The notes beneath the pieces are model-generated. The model did no database searches. It was not told the DNA's origin and worked only from the letters and a program-made list of their open reading frames with translations. From Halorussus marinus (lineage in GTDB: Archaea > Halobacteriota > Halobacteria > Halobacteriales > Haladaptataceae): a DNA stretch of 64,000 nt. The position numbers were made by a program, and so were the translations under genes. The stretch covers positions 1 through 64,000 of the forward strand of contig NZ_SBIV01000001.1 in assembly GCF_004765795.1 (NCBI RefSeq). Direction: 5' to 3'. This document shows positions 24,070 through 33,724 of the stretch, piece by piece (within the stretch, counting starts at the first letter, position 1; every line of letters starts with the position of its first letter).

Positions 24070-26805
24070 TCACTCCGCGTCCTCGAAGTACAGCGAGAAC
24101 AGCGCGCGCTCGCCCGCTCGGACGTGTCGGCTCACGGTCGGCTGGGACACTCCGAGCATCTCGGCGATGTCCTCGGCGGTGGCGTCCCGGGGCCACTCGA
24201 AGAAGCCGCCGAAGTAGGCGACTTCGAGCACCTCGCGCTGTCGCTCGGTCAGCCGGCCCTCCAGTTTCGAGGCGAATGCCTGCTCGGACAGCACGGGCTC
24301 GTCGCGCTCGCGGCGCGCGACCAGTTCGACTTCCTCGAACGCCGACTCGAACAGCTCCACGAACGTCCGGACGTTCGCGCTCTCGGGGATTCGGACCACG
24401 ACTCGGCCCTCACCGTCGCTCGCGGTCAGCGACTGGGGGACCGCGCCGCGATTCACAAGCGACGCCAGGAACGACGACGCGACCAGCTCTCCCTCGTAGC
24501 GGTACTCGCCGTCGCGTTCGGCGACGAGCCGGGTGTTCTCGATCTCGGTCAGCGCCTCGGCGAACGTCAGCGTCTCCGTCGGCTCGGCCCCTCGCACGGT
24601 GAAAAACAGGTGGAGACTGCCGTCGCCGCGCTGGACCACGCTCTCGAACTCGAACTCCCCGTCGGTCTCGGTGACGAACGTCAGTATCGGGTACTCGGAC
24701 CCTCGGACCCGGAAGTCGAGATCGATCGACCGGTCGCTCACGAGCGCCTGCTTGCGTTCGAGGGCGTTGAGCGCGTAGCCGGTGATGTCGCCGAGTTCGG
24801 CGAGCACGATTCGTTCGGTCTCGTCGAAGACGTCGGGCTCGCCCGCGTAGATGTTGAGCACGCCGTAGCGGTTCTCGTCGTAGACGACCGGGATCGCCGC
24901 GCTCGACCGATAGCCGCGCTTGAGCGCCTGTTCGCGCCACGGCTCGAACGGCGGGTCGCCGAAGATGTCGTTTTGGACCTGTGGCTCGCCGGTCCGGATC
25001 GCCCGACCCGACGGTCCCTGACTCTCAGGATCGTCCGACTTGGCCCGGACGGTCACGCTCTCCAGATACCCCTCCTCGACGCCGGCCGTCGCGGCCGGGA
25101 CGACCTCCCCGGTCGCCCGATCGTACTCGCCGAACCACGCGAACCGGTAAGGGCCGCTCTCGGTCAGGCGCTCGCACACCGACCGCAACAGTTCGTCGCG
25201 GGTCGCGGCCTCGATCAGCGCCCGGGTCAGCTTCCGAATCACCTCGTTCAGCCTGTTCGCGCGCTCGAGCTCGCGGTTTTTGGCTTCGAGTTCGTCCCGG
25301 CGGCGTCTGAGCGTCTCCTCGCGTTCGGCCCGGTCGAGCGCCGCGGTGACGGTCGCACAGAGTAGTTCCGCGAGCGAGCGGTCGGTCTCGTCGAACGCGC
25401 CGGGCTCGGGGTCGCCCGCGAGAAACGCGCCGTGGCGCCCGAGCGGGACTGCCAGCACGCTCGCCATCGCCGCCTCGTCGCCCCGCTCGACCCGGAGGTC
25501 GTCGACGCTCCGGCTCTCGCTCGCCGCGAACGCCTCCCACGCGACGCCGTCGCCGCGCCGCCCCACGAGCGCGTCGTCGATCTCACCTCCGGCCCACTCG
25601 CGGGCCGCCGGGACCAGCGCGCCCGACTCGTAGCTGACGATCGCCACGTTCTCGAACCCGAGCGTCCCCACGCCGGCGTCGACGGCGGTGTCGTACACCT
25701 CGGCGTCCGTCTCCGCGTCCGCCAGCGACTGCACCAGATCGTGGAGCGAGGTGAGCTTCGCCTCCCGTCGCTTGCGGGCCGAGATGTCCCGAACGATCCC
25801 GACCCGCCCCGTCTCGCCGCCCTCGAGCGGGCACCGGGACAGCCGGATCTCGACGGGGCGCGACTCGCCGTCGGCGCTCGGTACTGTCGTCTCTATCGTC
25901 GCGGGGCCGCCCGACCCGTCGGCGATCTCCCGGAGGCGATCCGGGCTCCCGGCGAGCGACTCTCCGAAGACGCTCGCGGCGCGCTCGCCGAGCAGTTCGG
26001 TTCGGTCGATCCCCGTCAGTCGACAGTAGGCGTCGTTGACCGCGATGAACCGCGAGTCGGCGTCGAGCGCGTAGATGCCGTCGTCGACCGCTTCGACCAT
26101 CGCCTCGTACGGTTCGAGCCGGCGCTCGCGCTCGGTCACGTCTCGGATCACGCCCGCGAACCGGCGTTCCCCGCCGCGGGTGAACTCGCTGAACGAGACG
26201 CCGAGCGCGAGCTCGCGGCCGTCGCGGTGACGACCGGGGAACTCGACGTACTCCCGGTCGAGGGTCCGATCGCCCTCCCGGAGGGAGCGTGCCATCGCCC
26301 CGCGGTGGCGCTCGGGGACGAGCCGCGCCAGCGGTTCGCCGATCAGCTCCGCCGGCTCGTACCCGAACACGCCCTCGACCGCGTCGTTCGCGAAGCGGAC
26401 GACGCCGTCGGCGTCGACGACGAGCACGGCGTCGGACGCCGCCCGCGCGACCGCGCCGAACTCGGGTTCGGGTGACATCGGTCGATCGCCGTTCGCGGTC
26501 GCCGCGCGGGCGATCCGGTCGGCGAGCGCGCGCGCCGCGACGTCGGTTGACGCCTCCGGGGGCGCGGCCAGCGTCTCGACCGGCAGATCGGGGTCGGCCG
26601 CCCGGAGCGTTGCGGCCGCGTCCGCGACGTGTTCGTCGACGACCGCCCGGTCGATATCCCGGTCGTCGATCGCGGCGAGCGCCTCGGCGGCGGTCGTCGC
26701 GACCGAGACGTCGACCCCCGAGGGGCCGGCCGCGAGGTACGACTCGACGGCGTCCCCCCGCTCGGGGGTCGGTGCGACGTAGAGTACGCGGGCGAGGTCA
26801 GTCAT
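24070..26805 (-). CDS. Bat-like transcriptional regulator (degenerate REC, two PAS, two GAF, C-terminal HTH_10)
   Basis: PAS motifs (ANDAVEGVFGYEPAELIGEP; VNDAYCRLTG), GAF segments, LTERQREVLEVAYFGGFFEWPR..TAEDIAEMLGVSQPTVSRH. Confidence 0.9.
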   Translation of the reverse strand: MTDLARVLYVAPTPERGDAVESYLAAGPSGVDVSVATTAAEALAAIDDRDIDRAVVDEHVADAAATLRAADPDLPVETLAAPPEASTDVAARALADRIARAATANGDRPMSPEPEFGAVARAASDAVLVVDADGVVRFANDAVEGVFGYEPAELIGEPLARLVPERHRGAMARSLREGDRTLDREYVEFPGRHRDGRELALGVSFSEFTRGGERRFAGVIRDVTERERRLEPYEAMVEAVDDGIYALDADSRFIAVNDAYCRLTGIDRTELLGERAASVFGESLAGSPDRLREIADGSGGPATIETTVPSADGESRPVEIRLSRCPLEGGETGRVGIVRDISARKRREAKLTSLHDLVQSLADAETDAEVYDTAVDAGVGTLGFENVAIVSYESGALVPAAREWAGGEIDDALVGRRGDGVAWEAFAASESRSVDDLRVERGDEAAMASVLAVPLGRHGAFLAGDPEPGAFDETDRSLAELLCATVTAALDRAEREETLRRRRDELEAKNRELERANRLNEVIRKLTRALIEAATRDELLRSVCERLTESGPYRFAWFGEYDRATGEVVPAATAGVEEGYLESVTVRAKSDDPESQGPSGRAIRTGEPQVQNDIFGDPPFEPWREQALKRGYRSSAAIPVVYDENRYGVLNIYAGEPDVFDETERIVLAELGDITGYALNALERKQALVSDRSIDLDFRVRGSEYPILTFVTETDGEFEFESVVQRGDGSLHLFFTVRGAEPTETLTFAEALTEIENTRLVAERDGEYRYEGELVASSFLASLVNRGAVPQSLTASDGEGRVVVRIPESANVRTFVELFESAFEEVELVARRERDEPVLSEQAFASKLEGRLTERQREVLEVAYFGGFFEWPRDATAEDIAEMLGVSQPTVSRHVRAGERALFSLYFEDAE

Positions 26806-26913
26806 CCGTTAGGTGGGGATCGTTTCGGTGGCGCACTGCCGGCGTCTCGTACCGGAACCAATGACTGGGACGGTAAAATAACACCGGCTACCGGGCTCCG
26901 GCCTCGCGACGGC

Positions 26914-27426
26914 TCAGACGTTCGATCCGAACCACGTCCCGAGCGTGAGCCCGTACACGACGTGGCTGAGGTGGAAGACGAGTCGCTCGTCGGGGTCGAG
27001 GTCCACGCCGAGCGCGCGGCCGAGTAGGACCCGGACGCCGAACGCCGACAGCGCCAGCCCGTAGGCGACCCCCAGCGCGGTCGCGCGCGCCTCGCGGCCC
27101 GCCTCCGAACCGCAGTCGCCGTCCGGAGTCGTCGCGCCGAGCGCTCGCGCGGCGAGTCCGCCGAAGACGCCGCCGGCGGCCGTCCCGTAGCCGAGGTGAA
27201 GCGCGAGCGCCTCCCAGCCGTAGTCGCCGGGCTCGCCCCCGAGATACTTCGCCAGAAACGGTCCGGTGGGCGGGAGCGACCTGCTGATCGGCATCCGGAA
27301 CGCGGTCATCGCGACCGTCGCGACGGCGCCGCCGATCGCTCCCAGTCCGAGCTCGCGGCGGTTCGTCGGGCGGGCGTCGGTCGGTTCGTACGCGTCGTCG
27401 AGCGCGTCCCGGCGTTGCTGGCTCAT
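26914..27426 (-). CDS. Membrane protein, about 4 TM
   Basis: GGAVATVAMTAFRMP, LHLGYG, HLSHVVYGLTLG. Confidence 0.7.
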   Translation of the reverse strand: MSQQRRDALDDAYEPTDARPTNRRELGLGAIGGAVATVAMTAFRMPISRSLPPTGPFLAKYLGGEPGDYGWEALALHLGYGTAAGGVFGGLAARALGATTPDGDCGSEAGREARATALGVAYGLALSAFGVRVLLGRALGVDLDPDERLVFHLSHVVYGLTLGTWFGSNV

Positions 27427-27593
27427 CGGTTCGCGTCTCGACGCCGGGCGCGAAAGCTCTGGTGGCGGTCGGGCGTGCGTTCTCGGTGGTCGGCGTCGGC
27501 GACACTCGAATCCACCCGACAATTCTCGGGTCGCGGTAACGTCCCACTACTGCTTTCCGTCTCAGTGTCCAAGTCTCGTACGGGGGAAAACCA

Positions 27594-28016
27594 ATGCCAA
27601 TCGAAGACCTCGCACGCGACGACGTCGTCAGCGCCGGCGCCGAAACGACAGTTTCGGACCTCGCGACGACGATGCGAGACGAACGAGTGGGGAGTATCGT
27701 TATCACCGACGGCGCGACGCCGGTCGGCATCGTCACGGACAGGGACCTCGCGATGCGCGTGCTGGCCGACGGCGACGCGGCGGCCGACTCGACGGCCGAG
27801 GCGGTGATGTCAGAAGACCTCGTCACGATCGAGCGCGATCACGGCTTCTACGAGGCCGCGGACCTGATGAGCGACAACGGCGTCCGACGCTTGCCGGTCT
27901 GTGACGCCGACGGCGAGCTGACGGGCATCATCACCGCCGACGACCTCTCGGAACTCATCGCCGACGAACAACAGCACCTCGCGGACGTCATCCGGGCACA
28001 GCGGCCGCCGTACTGA
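27594..28016 (+). CDS. CBS domain pair protein
   Basis: VGIVTDRDL and VRRLPV..LTGIITADDL. Confidence 0.92.
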   Translation: MPIEDLARDDVVSAGAETTVSDLATTMRDERVGSIVITDGATPVGIVTDRDLAMRVLADGDAAADSTAEAVMSEDLVTIERDHGFYEAADLMSDNGVRRLPVCDADGELTGIITADDLSELIADEQQHLADVIRAQRPPY

Positions 28017-28150
28017 GTCGCGGGCTCAGTTCGGACGGACCCCGGCGGCGACCGGGAGTCGGCCCGGCCGGCACGCTCCCGGTCGCGTCGCGAAGGGGAG
28101 GGCCGGTCGGGAGTCGACGCTCTCTATTCTCGTTTGCGTCCTTCGAAGAA

Positions 28151-28234
28151 TGCGCCGACCGGGATTTGAACCACGGTCGTTCCCGTTCGCTCGCTCCGCT
28201 CTCTCACCTCCCATTCGCTGATTCAAATCCTCGT
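28151..28234. repeat. Cassette with a copy of the tRNA-Gly 3' end and a partial inverted copy
   Basis: TGCGCCGACCGGGATTTGAACC at 28151-28172 is identical to 28268-28289; inverted TTCAAATCC at 28222-28230. Confidence 0.85.
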
Positions 28235-28267
28235 AGCGATTTTCGCCTCGCTTCACTCGCCAGAAAG

Positions 28268-28338
28268 TGCGCCGACCGGGATTTGAACCCGGGCCATGAG
28301 CTTGGAAGGCTCAGGTCCTACCACTAGACCATCGGCGC
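28268..28338 (-). tRNA. tRNA-Gly (TCC)
   Basis: GCGCCGATGGTCTAGTGGTAGGACCTGAGCCTTCCAAGCTCATGGCCCGGGTTCAAATCCCGGTCGGCGCA folds as a cloverleaf. Confidence 0.95.
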
Positions 28339-28435
28339 TCACTCTCGTTAGTCGCTCGCGCCGCGCATCGACGGACTTCGTCCGTCTCACCATCGGCGCT
28401 CGCACTCCTAAATTCCCCAGCCGACGTTAAGGGCC

Positions 28436-29086
28436 TTACTGTTTCGCGCCGCGGACGGTGGCGTAGCAGTTGCCCGACGACACCTTGAACTCGATCGGAT
28501 CGAGGTCGCTGTCGGCCACGTCGGCCTCGAACTCGGCGGGAGCGTAGATGTGGTAGAACCGCGGGACGGTCTCGCCGCCGGGGAGCGTCCAGTCGACCTC
28601 GGTGTCGAAGCCCGCCTCCTCGTCGAACCGGTCGTGGGCCGTCGACCACGCGCTCACCAGCGCCCGGCCGTCTTGGGTCAGGACGCGGGCGAGTTCGTTC
28701 AGGCTCGCGACTCTGGCGTCCCGGCTCGGCAGGTGGTGGAGGGTCGCGACGTACACCGCCCGGCCGACGGCGTCGTCGCCGAGCGGAACCCCGGCGGCGT
28801 CACACTGCAGGAGGTCGGCGTCGAACCCCCGATCCGCGGCGCGGTCGCGGGCCTCGCGCAGGAGCCGGCCGCTCGCGTCGGCGCCGACCACGCGGTCGGC
28901 CGACTCCGCCAGTAGCTCGGCGTGGCGGCCGTTACCGCACCCGAGGTCGAGCGCGACCCCGACTCGCGGCGCGTCCGCCAGAAACGCCTCGATCTCGGGC
29001 CAGGCGTGTTCGCGGGTCTTCGAGAAGTGGGCCGCGATGCGGTCGTAGGTCGCTCGCACCTCGCGGCGCTCGTCCGCTCCGTCCAT
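28436..29086 (-). CDS. trm9: Trm9/ALKBH8-like SAM-dependent tRNA U34 methyltransferase
   Basis: YDRIAAHFSKTREHAWP, LDLGCGNGRH, ATLHHL, ALVSAW and RFYHIY match Trm9-family motifs. Confidence 0.75.
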   Translation of the reverse strand: MDGADERREVRATYDRIAAHFSKTREHAWPEIEAFLADAPRVGVALDLGCGNGRHAELLAESADRVVGADASGRLLREARDRAADRGFDADLLQCDAAGVPLGDDAVGRAVYVATLHHLPSRDARVASLNELARVLTQDGRALVSAWSTAHDRFDEEAGFDTEVDWTLPGGETVPRFYHIYAPAEFEADVADSDLDPIEFKVSSGNCYATVRGAKQ

Positions 29087-29149
29087 ACCCGACGGTGGGC
29101 GTCCCGGCGGGAAAACCGCTCCGGGTTCCGTGCGCCGGCTCGGGGCCGG

Positions 29150-31294
29150 TCACGGCAACAGCAGGAACACCGCGTACGCGATCGCCAGCATGACCGCGGC
29201 GTGTTTCGCGCCGTTCTTCACGCTGGTCTCGCCCATCTGGCCGGCGACCAGCCCGGAGAAAAGCGCCTGTACCAGCGCGGTGTGGAAAAACAGGAGGGTG
29301 TAGGCTTCGACGTCGACCTCCGAGATGCCCGCGAGCGGGCCGCCGCTGATCGCGCCCCCGGTGTCCGGTGCGGCCGCGCCGGTCGGGAGGCTCGGGATGA
29401 GGATGCTGTTGAGCGAGCCGATGATGACCAGAAAGACCACGAACGCGAGGTAGATGATCACGACGTAGGTCACCATCTCCTGGCGGCGCTTGCGCTTGAG
29501 CCGGCGGGTGTCCTGCGCTTCGTCGGCCGCGATCCGGAGCACGCGCGCGAGGTCGCTACTTGCGTGCATCGCGTTACCGAGTAGCGTGGTGACCCGCGTG
29601 ATCACCGGCGCGTCGATCCGGTCTTCGAGCCGGTAGAGCGCGGTCCGGGCCTCGACGCCCCACGCCATGTCGGTCCGGAGACGCTCGACCTCGGCGTCGA
29701 GGGCCCCGAGTTCGGTGTCGGCGACTCGTTCGAGGCTCTCGACGATCGACATGCCCGCCTCGTTGACGCTGGCGAGCCGATCGAGGAAGTCGGGCACCGC
29801 GGCCTCGATCGCGTCGATCCGCCGGCGGTGGAGCTCCTGGACGACCGCGAACGAGCCGACCACGACGAGCGCGGCCTGCACCACGAAGTCGTCGAGCGTC
29901 TCGACGGTGAGCGTCCCGGCCACGAGGTGGGGCCACGCCCGGAGCACCACCGAGAGCACCCCGAGCGGGACGGTCGCGTACAGCACGTACACGGGGTTTT
30001 CCCGGAGCGTGCGGGCCGGGTTCGACAGCAGGTCCCGGAGCCACCGGACCCGTTCGAAGGCCGCGAGACGCTCGAAGGCGAGCCCGGCCGACGAGTCGGC
30101 AGCGGGGCGCTCGCCCCCGTCGCTCCGGACCGCCGACCCCTCGACCGCCGGGCGCTCGGTCCCGGTCCGGTCGGCGTCGGGGTCGTCGGTCCGCCGGACC
30201 CCCGCCAACAGCCCGGGCGCGGCGTCGATCTCGCGGGCCTCTCGGGTCGCCCGGAGCGACTCGGTGATGCTGTCGAGGTAGATGATGAAGCCGACGTTCG
30301 CCAGCGGGACGGCGAAGTACGCGATGACCCGGAGCAACGGCAGGGTCCGGCCGATCGCCATCAGCCCCATGATGACGAGGATCGTGATGAAAAGGAGCGG
30401 CGCGACCACGAACACCGACACGTACGCCTCCGCGAGCGTGGCGAGCAGTTCGAGGAACGCCTCCTGTTCGGCTTCGGCGTCCTCGCGGTAGCGCTCGTAC
30501 TGGTCGTCGAGGTACGCCGGGATCGACTGGCCGCTCTGGAGGACGCTGGCGAGGTTGTCGGTGAACTCCCGGAACTTCTGGCTCGGCGTGCGGTCGGCGA
30601 GGCGTTCGATCGCCGACAGCATGTCGAGGCCGGCGTAGTCCATCGACTTGACCGCGACCGCGACCTCCTCGGCGGTCTCGCCGTAGACGCTGCGGTTGCG
30701 CGCGAGGCTCCGCATGATCTCGGGAAACGCCATTCCGCTCCGGGACAGCGCGTAGAAGAACGCCACCGTCCGGGCGATGCTCTCGTCGATCTGGCGGGCG
30801 CGGGCGTTCGCCCGGTACGAGAGGTTCTCCCACCGGATCCAGTACGTGATCGCCCCGCCCGCCACCCCGAGGGTCGCGCTGCTGAACGCCAGCAGGGTGA
30901 ACAGTTCCCCGAGCGAGAGATCCGGGAACACGAGCAGGTCCGCGAGAAACCAGAGCTGTTGGGGGAGCGTCGCCCGCACTGTTTCGGGCGAGATCTTGAA
31001 CAGCGCGAGCACGCCCGCCGCCAGATACACCCCGACGACGCTCCCGGCGAGCGCGACCAGCCCCGCGTACAGCAGGGTCTTCGAGGCGTACATCCGGTAG
31101 GTGTCTTCGAGGTGGACCTCGTAGAGTAGTTCGCGGCGCTCGCGCTGGCGCCGCCCGCGGTCGGCGACCCACCCGTCGAACAGCGCCAGCGCGAGCCGGG
31201 TGAGCGCCCGATCGCCCCGGCGGGTCAGCGCCGCGAGCGCGAGCGGGACGCCGACGATCGCGACCACCGCGAGCGGGAGGTATTCGAGCATCAT
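29150..31294 (-). CDS. pilC: Type IV pilus platform protein PilC (probably pilC3-type)
   Basis: Two GspF-like domains (VAFFYALSRSG; VPDFLDRLASVNEAG); LFFHTALVQALFSGLVAG. Confidence 0.9.
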   Translation of the reverse strand: MMLEYLPLAVVAIVGVPLALAALTRRGDRALTRLALALFDGWVADRGRRQRERRELLYEVHLEDTYRMYASKTLLYAGLVALAGSVVGVYLAAGVLALFKISPETVRATLPQQLWFLADLLVFPDLSLGELFTLLAFSSATLGVAGGAITYWIRWENLSYRANARARQIDESIARTVAFFYALSRSGMAFPEIMRSLARNRSVYGETAEEVAVAVKSMDYAGLDMLSAIERLADRTPSQKFREFTDNLASVLQSGQSIPAYLDDQYERYREDAEAEQEAFLELLATLAEAYVSVFVVAPLLFITILVIMGLMAIGRTLPLLRVIAYFAVPLANVGFIIYLDSITESLRATREAREIDAAPGLLAGVRRTDDPDADRTGTERPAVEGSAVRSDGGERPAADSSAGLAFERLAAFERVRWLRDLLSNPARTLRENPVYVLYATVPLGVLSVVLRAWPHLVAGTLTVETLDDFVVQAALVVVGSFAVVQELHRRRIDAIEAAVPDFLDRLASVNEAGMSIVESLERVADTELGALDAEVERLRTDMAWGVEARTALYRLEDRIDAPVITRVTTLLGNAMHASSDLARVLRIAADEAQDTRRLKRKRRQEMVTYVVIIYLAFVVFLVIIGSLNSILIPSLPTGAAAPDTGGAISGGPLAGISEVDVEAYTLLFFHTALVQALFSGLVAGQMGETSVKNGAKHAAVMLAIAYAVFLLLP

Positions 31295-32955
31295 TCGAAC
31301 CCGGCGTCGATCTCGGTGTCGAGGTCGATGGCGTCGAGCACGCGCTCGGGGTGGGCGTAGTACTCGTTTATCATCGCGGTGAACCGGCGGTAGTCGGTGA
31401 CCCCCCGATCGCGGAGATACTCCAGGACTCGCTTGCGATTCCGGATCTCTTTGAGGAGTTCGCTACGCGACCAGCCCCGCTCGTCTTGGATCTCGTCGAG
31501 GACGGAGCTGTCGTTGCGCCGGAACGTGTCCTCGCCGGCGTTCCACGAGAAGGTCGTCGAGTAGTCGAGGTCGCCGGTGCGCTGGTCGATCCCCTCGATC
31601 TCGGCGAGCACCTTGTTCCGGCGGACTCGCTCGTCGCCGACGTACGTCAGCGTCTGGACCGACAGGATGTCCAGACTCTGGATCATCGCCCGGGGGACGT
31701 TGATGGGGTCGTTCTCGAGTCGATTGATGACCGTCTGGACCGAGTCGGCGTGCATCGTCGAGTAGGTGGTGTGGCCGGTGTTCATCGCCTGAAACAGCGT
31801 CATCGCCTCCTCGCCACGGACCTCCCCGACCACGATGTACTCGGGGCGGTGGCGAAGCGCCGACCGAAGCAGGTCGTACATCGTGATGTCGGCGGCCGAC
31901 CCCCGGCGCTCGCGGGTGACCGACGACAGCCAGTTGTCGTGGTACAGCGCCAGCTCGCGGGTGTCTTCGATTGTGAGCACCTTCGAGCGCGGCGGGATGA
32001 ACATCGAGATCGCGTTCATCGACGTGGTCTTGCCCGAGGCGGTCCCGCCCGCGAAGATCAGCGACTTGTTGGACTCGATGGCCAGCCAGAGGTACGCCAT
32101 CTGGTCGAGGCTGAACGTACCGTACTCGATGAGGTCGACCGGCGTGAACGGCTCGTCGGCGTACTTCCGGATGGTGAACGCCGACCCGCGGGGCGTGACC
32201 TCCTCGCCGAGGGCGAGTTCGGCGCGCGAGCCGTCGGGTAGCGTGGTCTCGACGACGGGGTCGCCGATGCTGACGTGCTTGCCCGACCGCTGGGCCAGCC
32301 GCATCACGAGGTTGTCGAGTTCGCGCTGGCCGTACGCGATGTTGGTCTCGATGTCGGTGTAGTCGTCGTGGTAGACGAAGATCGGGAGGTCGTAGCCGTC
32401 ACAGGAGATGTCCTCGATGCGGGGGTCGGCCAACAGCGGATCGAGCTTCCCGAACCCCCGAAACGACCGGTGGAGGTAGTAGAAGAGCCGATAGAAGCTC
32501 GCGGGCTCGACCTCGACGCCGTACACCGACAGCAGTTCGCGGAGCTCCTCTTTCAGCGCGGTCTCGGCCACGCGCTCGGCGGTCGCCTCGGCGTCGGGGT
32601 CGCCCTCGTCGGCGGTCTCCCCGCGGTGGATGAGCGAGTCGCGGATGTCGTCGATCAGCCGGTCGAGCAGTTCGGTTTCGAGGTCGTCGAGGTCGGGCTC
32701 GACCACCTGATACAGGTGTTCGTTCTCGACGTCGTCGTAGTTGACCGAGACGAACGCGAACGGGGCGTCGACCCAGTAGCGGTCGACCTCCTCGTAGCCG
32801 TCGAGCCCCGAGAACGAGACCAGCGGTCCGTGGTCGTCGGGATCGTAGCCGTCGACCTCGACCGACGAGCCCCGGAGCACCTCGGCGGTCCGGCGGAGCC
32901 TGCGCTCGAACTCCCGGATTCGGATCCGAACGTCGTCGGCGGTAAGCTCGGGCAT
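31291..32955 (-). CDS. pilB: Type IV pilus ATPase PilB (probably pilB3-type)
   Basis: EDISCDG, GGTASGKTT, LRHRPEYIVVGEVRG, TGHTTYSTMHA; start MPELT chosen. Confidence 0.92.
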   Translation of the reverse strand: MPELTADDVRIRIREFERRLRRTAEVLRGSSVEVDGYDPDDHGPLVSFSGLDGYEEVDRYWVDAPFAFVSVNYDDVENEHLYQVVEPDLDDLETELLDRLIDDIRDSLIHRGETADEGDPDAEATAERVAETALKEELRELLSVYGVEVEPASFYRLFYYLHRSFRGFGKLDPLLADPRIEDISCDGYDLPIFVYHDDYTDIETNIAYGQRELDNLVMRLAQRSGKHVSIGDPVVETTLPDGSRAELALGEEVTPRGSAFTIRKYADEPFTPVDLIEYGTFSLDQMAYLWLAIESNKSLIFAGGTASGKTTSMNAISMFIPPRSKVLTIEDTRELALYHDNWLSSVTRERRGSAADITMYDLLRSALRHRPEYIVVGEVRGEEAMTLFQAMNTGHTTYSTMHADSVQTVINRLENDPINVPRAMIQSLDILSVQTLTYVGDERVRRNKVLAEIEGIDQRTGDLDYSTTFSWNAGEDTFRRNDSSVLDEIQDERGWSRSELLKEIRNRKRVLEYLRDRGVTDYRRFTAMINEYYAHPERVLDAIDLDTEIDAGFE

Positions 32956-33119
32956 GGATAGGCGAGTGACGGCGAGCGCGCCCGCCGTCGGGTTCACCCG
33001 GCAAATCGAATCGGGGGTACTTAAATCACGGGTCGACTCTCCCGCGGCGAGGGCTCGCCACATCGACGGTCCGGCGGCGTTACGTTCATGACGCGTCGGA
33101 CCGTACGTCGAAGTACGGA

Positions 33120-33593
33120 ATGAGGCGCGATTACTTCACGCTGGACGTTCGGAACGTCGACTGGGTCGAGGAGGGCGACGACGCTCGGAAGCCGACGGTA
33201 CTCATCGATTTCGAGGGACCGTCCTCGACGCTCCGAGAGCGCCTCAGCGGGACCGACGGCGACCTGCTCGACGCGGGTGAGACCGACGTCGCGTTCCGGC
33301 TGCAGGGGCCGGTCGACGGCGAGGACACCACGGGGGTGGTGAGCGTCACCAACCGCATCACCGGAGACTTCGTGCTCGAACTCAATCAGGACGCCGACGA
33401 CGTGCTGAAGTTCATCCGGGCCGCCCGCGAGTACGGCAAGGCCACCGGCGACCCCGACGGCCGGTACCACGTCGAGATCAGCATCAACGGCGAGGACCTC
33501 GTCGAGTACGACAAGGAGACGTTCCTCGTCTACAACCGCGACGGGAACCTCCTCCGCCAGCACAGCCTGATCCCGAGCGGCGTCGAGCTCTGA
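33120..33593 (+). CDS. Conserved haloarchaeal protein (DUF5793-like)
   Basis: MRRDYFTLDV...TNRITGDFVLELN...LLRQHSLIPSGVEL. Confidence 0.75.
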   Translation: MRRDYFTLDVRNVDWVEEGDDARKPTVLIDFEGPSSTLRERLSGTDGDLLDAGETDVAFRLQGPVDGEDTTGVVSVTNRITGDFVLELNQDADDVLKFIRAAREYGKATGDPDGRYHVEISINGEDLVEYDKETFLVYNRDGNLLRQHSLIPSGVEL

Positions 33594-33610
33594 GCCCTCG
33601 GCCCGGTCGA

Positions 33611-33724
33611 TCAGTACGTTCCGAACGCCAACAGCGCGATCCCGATGAGCGCCGACAGCGCCACGATTCCCCACAGTAGATAGTCGAACAGTCCCTCCGG
33701 CGTGGTCGGACTCGGTAGTTCCAT
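33611..33724 (-). CDS. 37-aa single-TM small protein (not in the ORF track)
   Basis: MELPSPTTPEGLFDYLLWGIVALSALIGIALLAFGTY*; fills the gap between two genes. Confidence 0.6.
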   Translation of the reverse strand: MELPSPTTPEGLFDYLLWGIVALSALIGIALLAFGTY

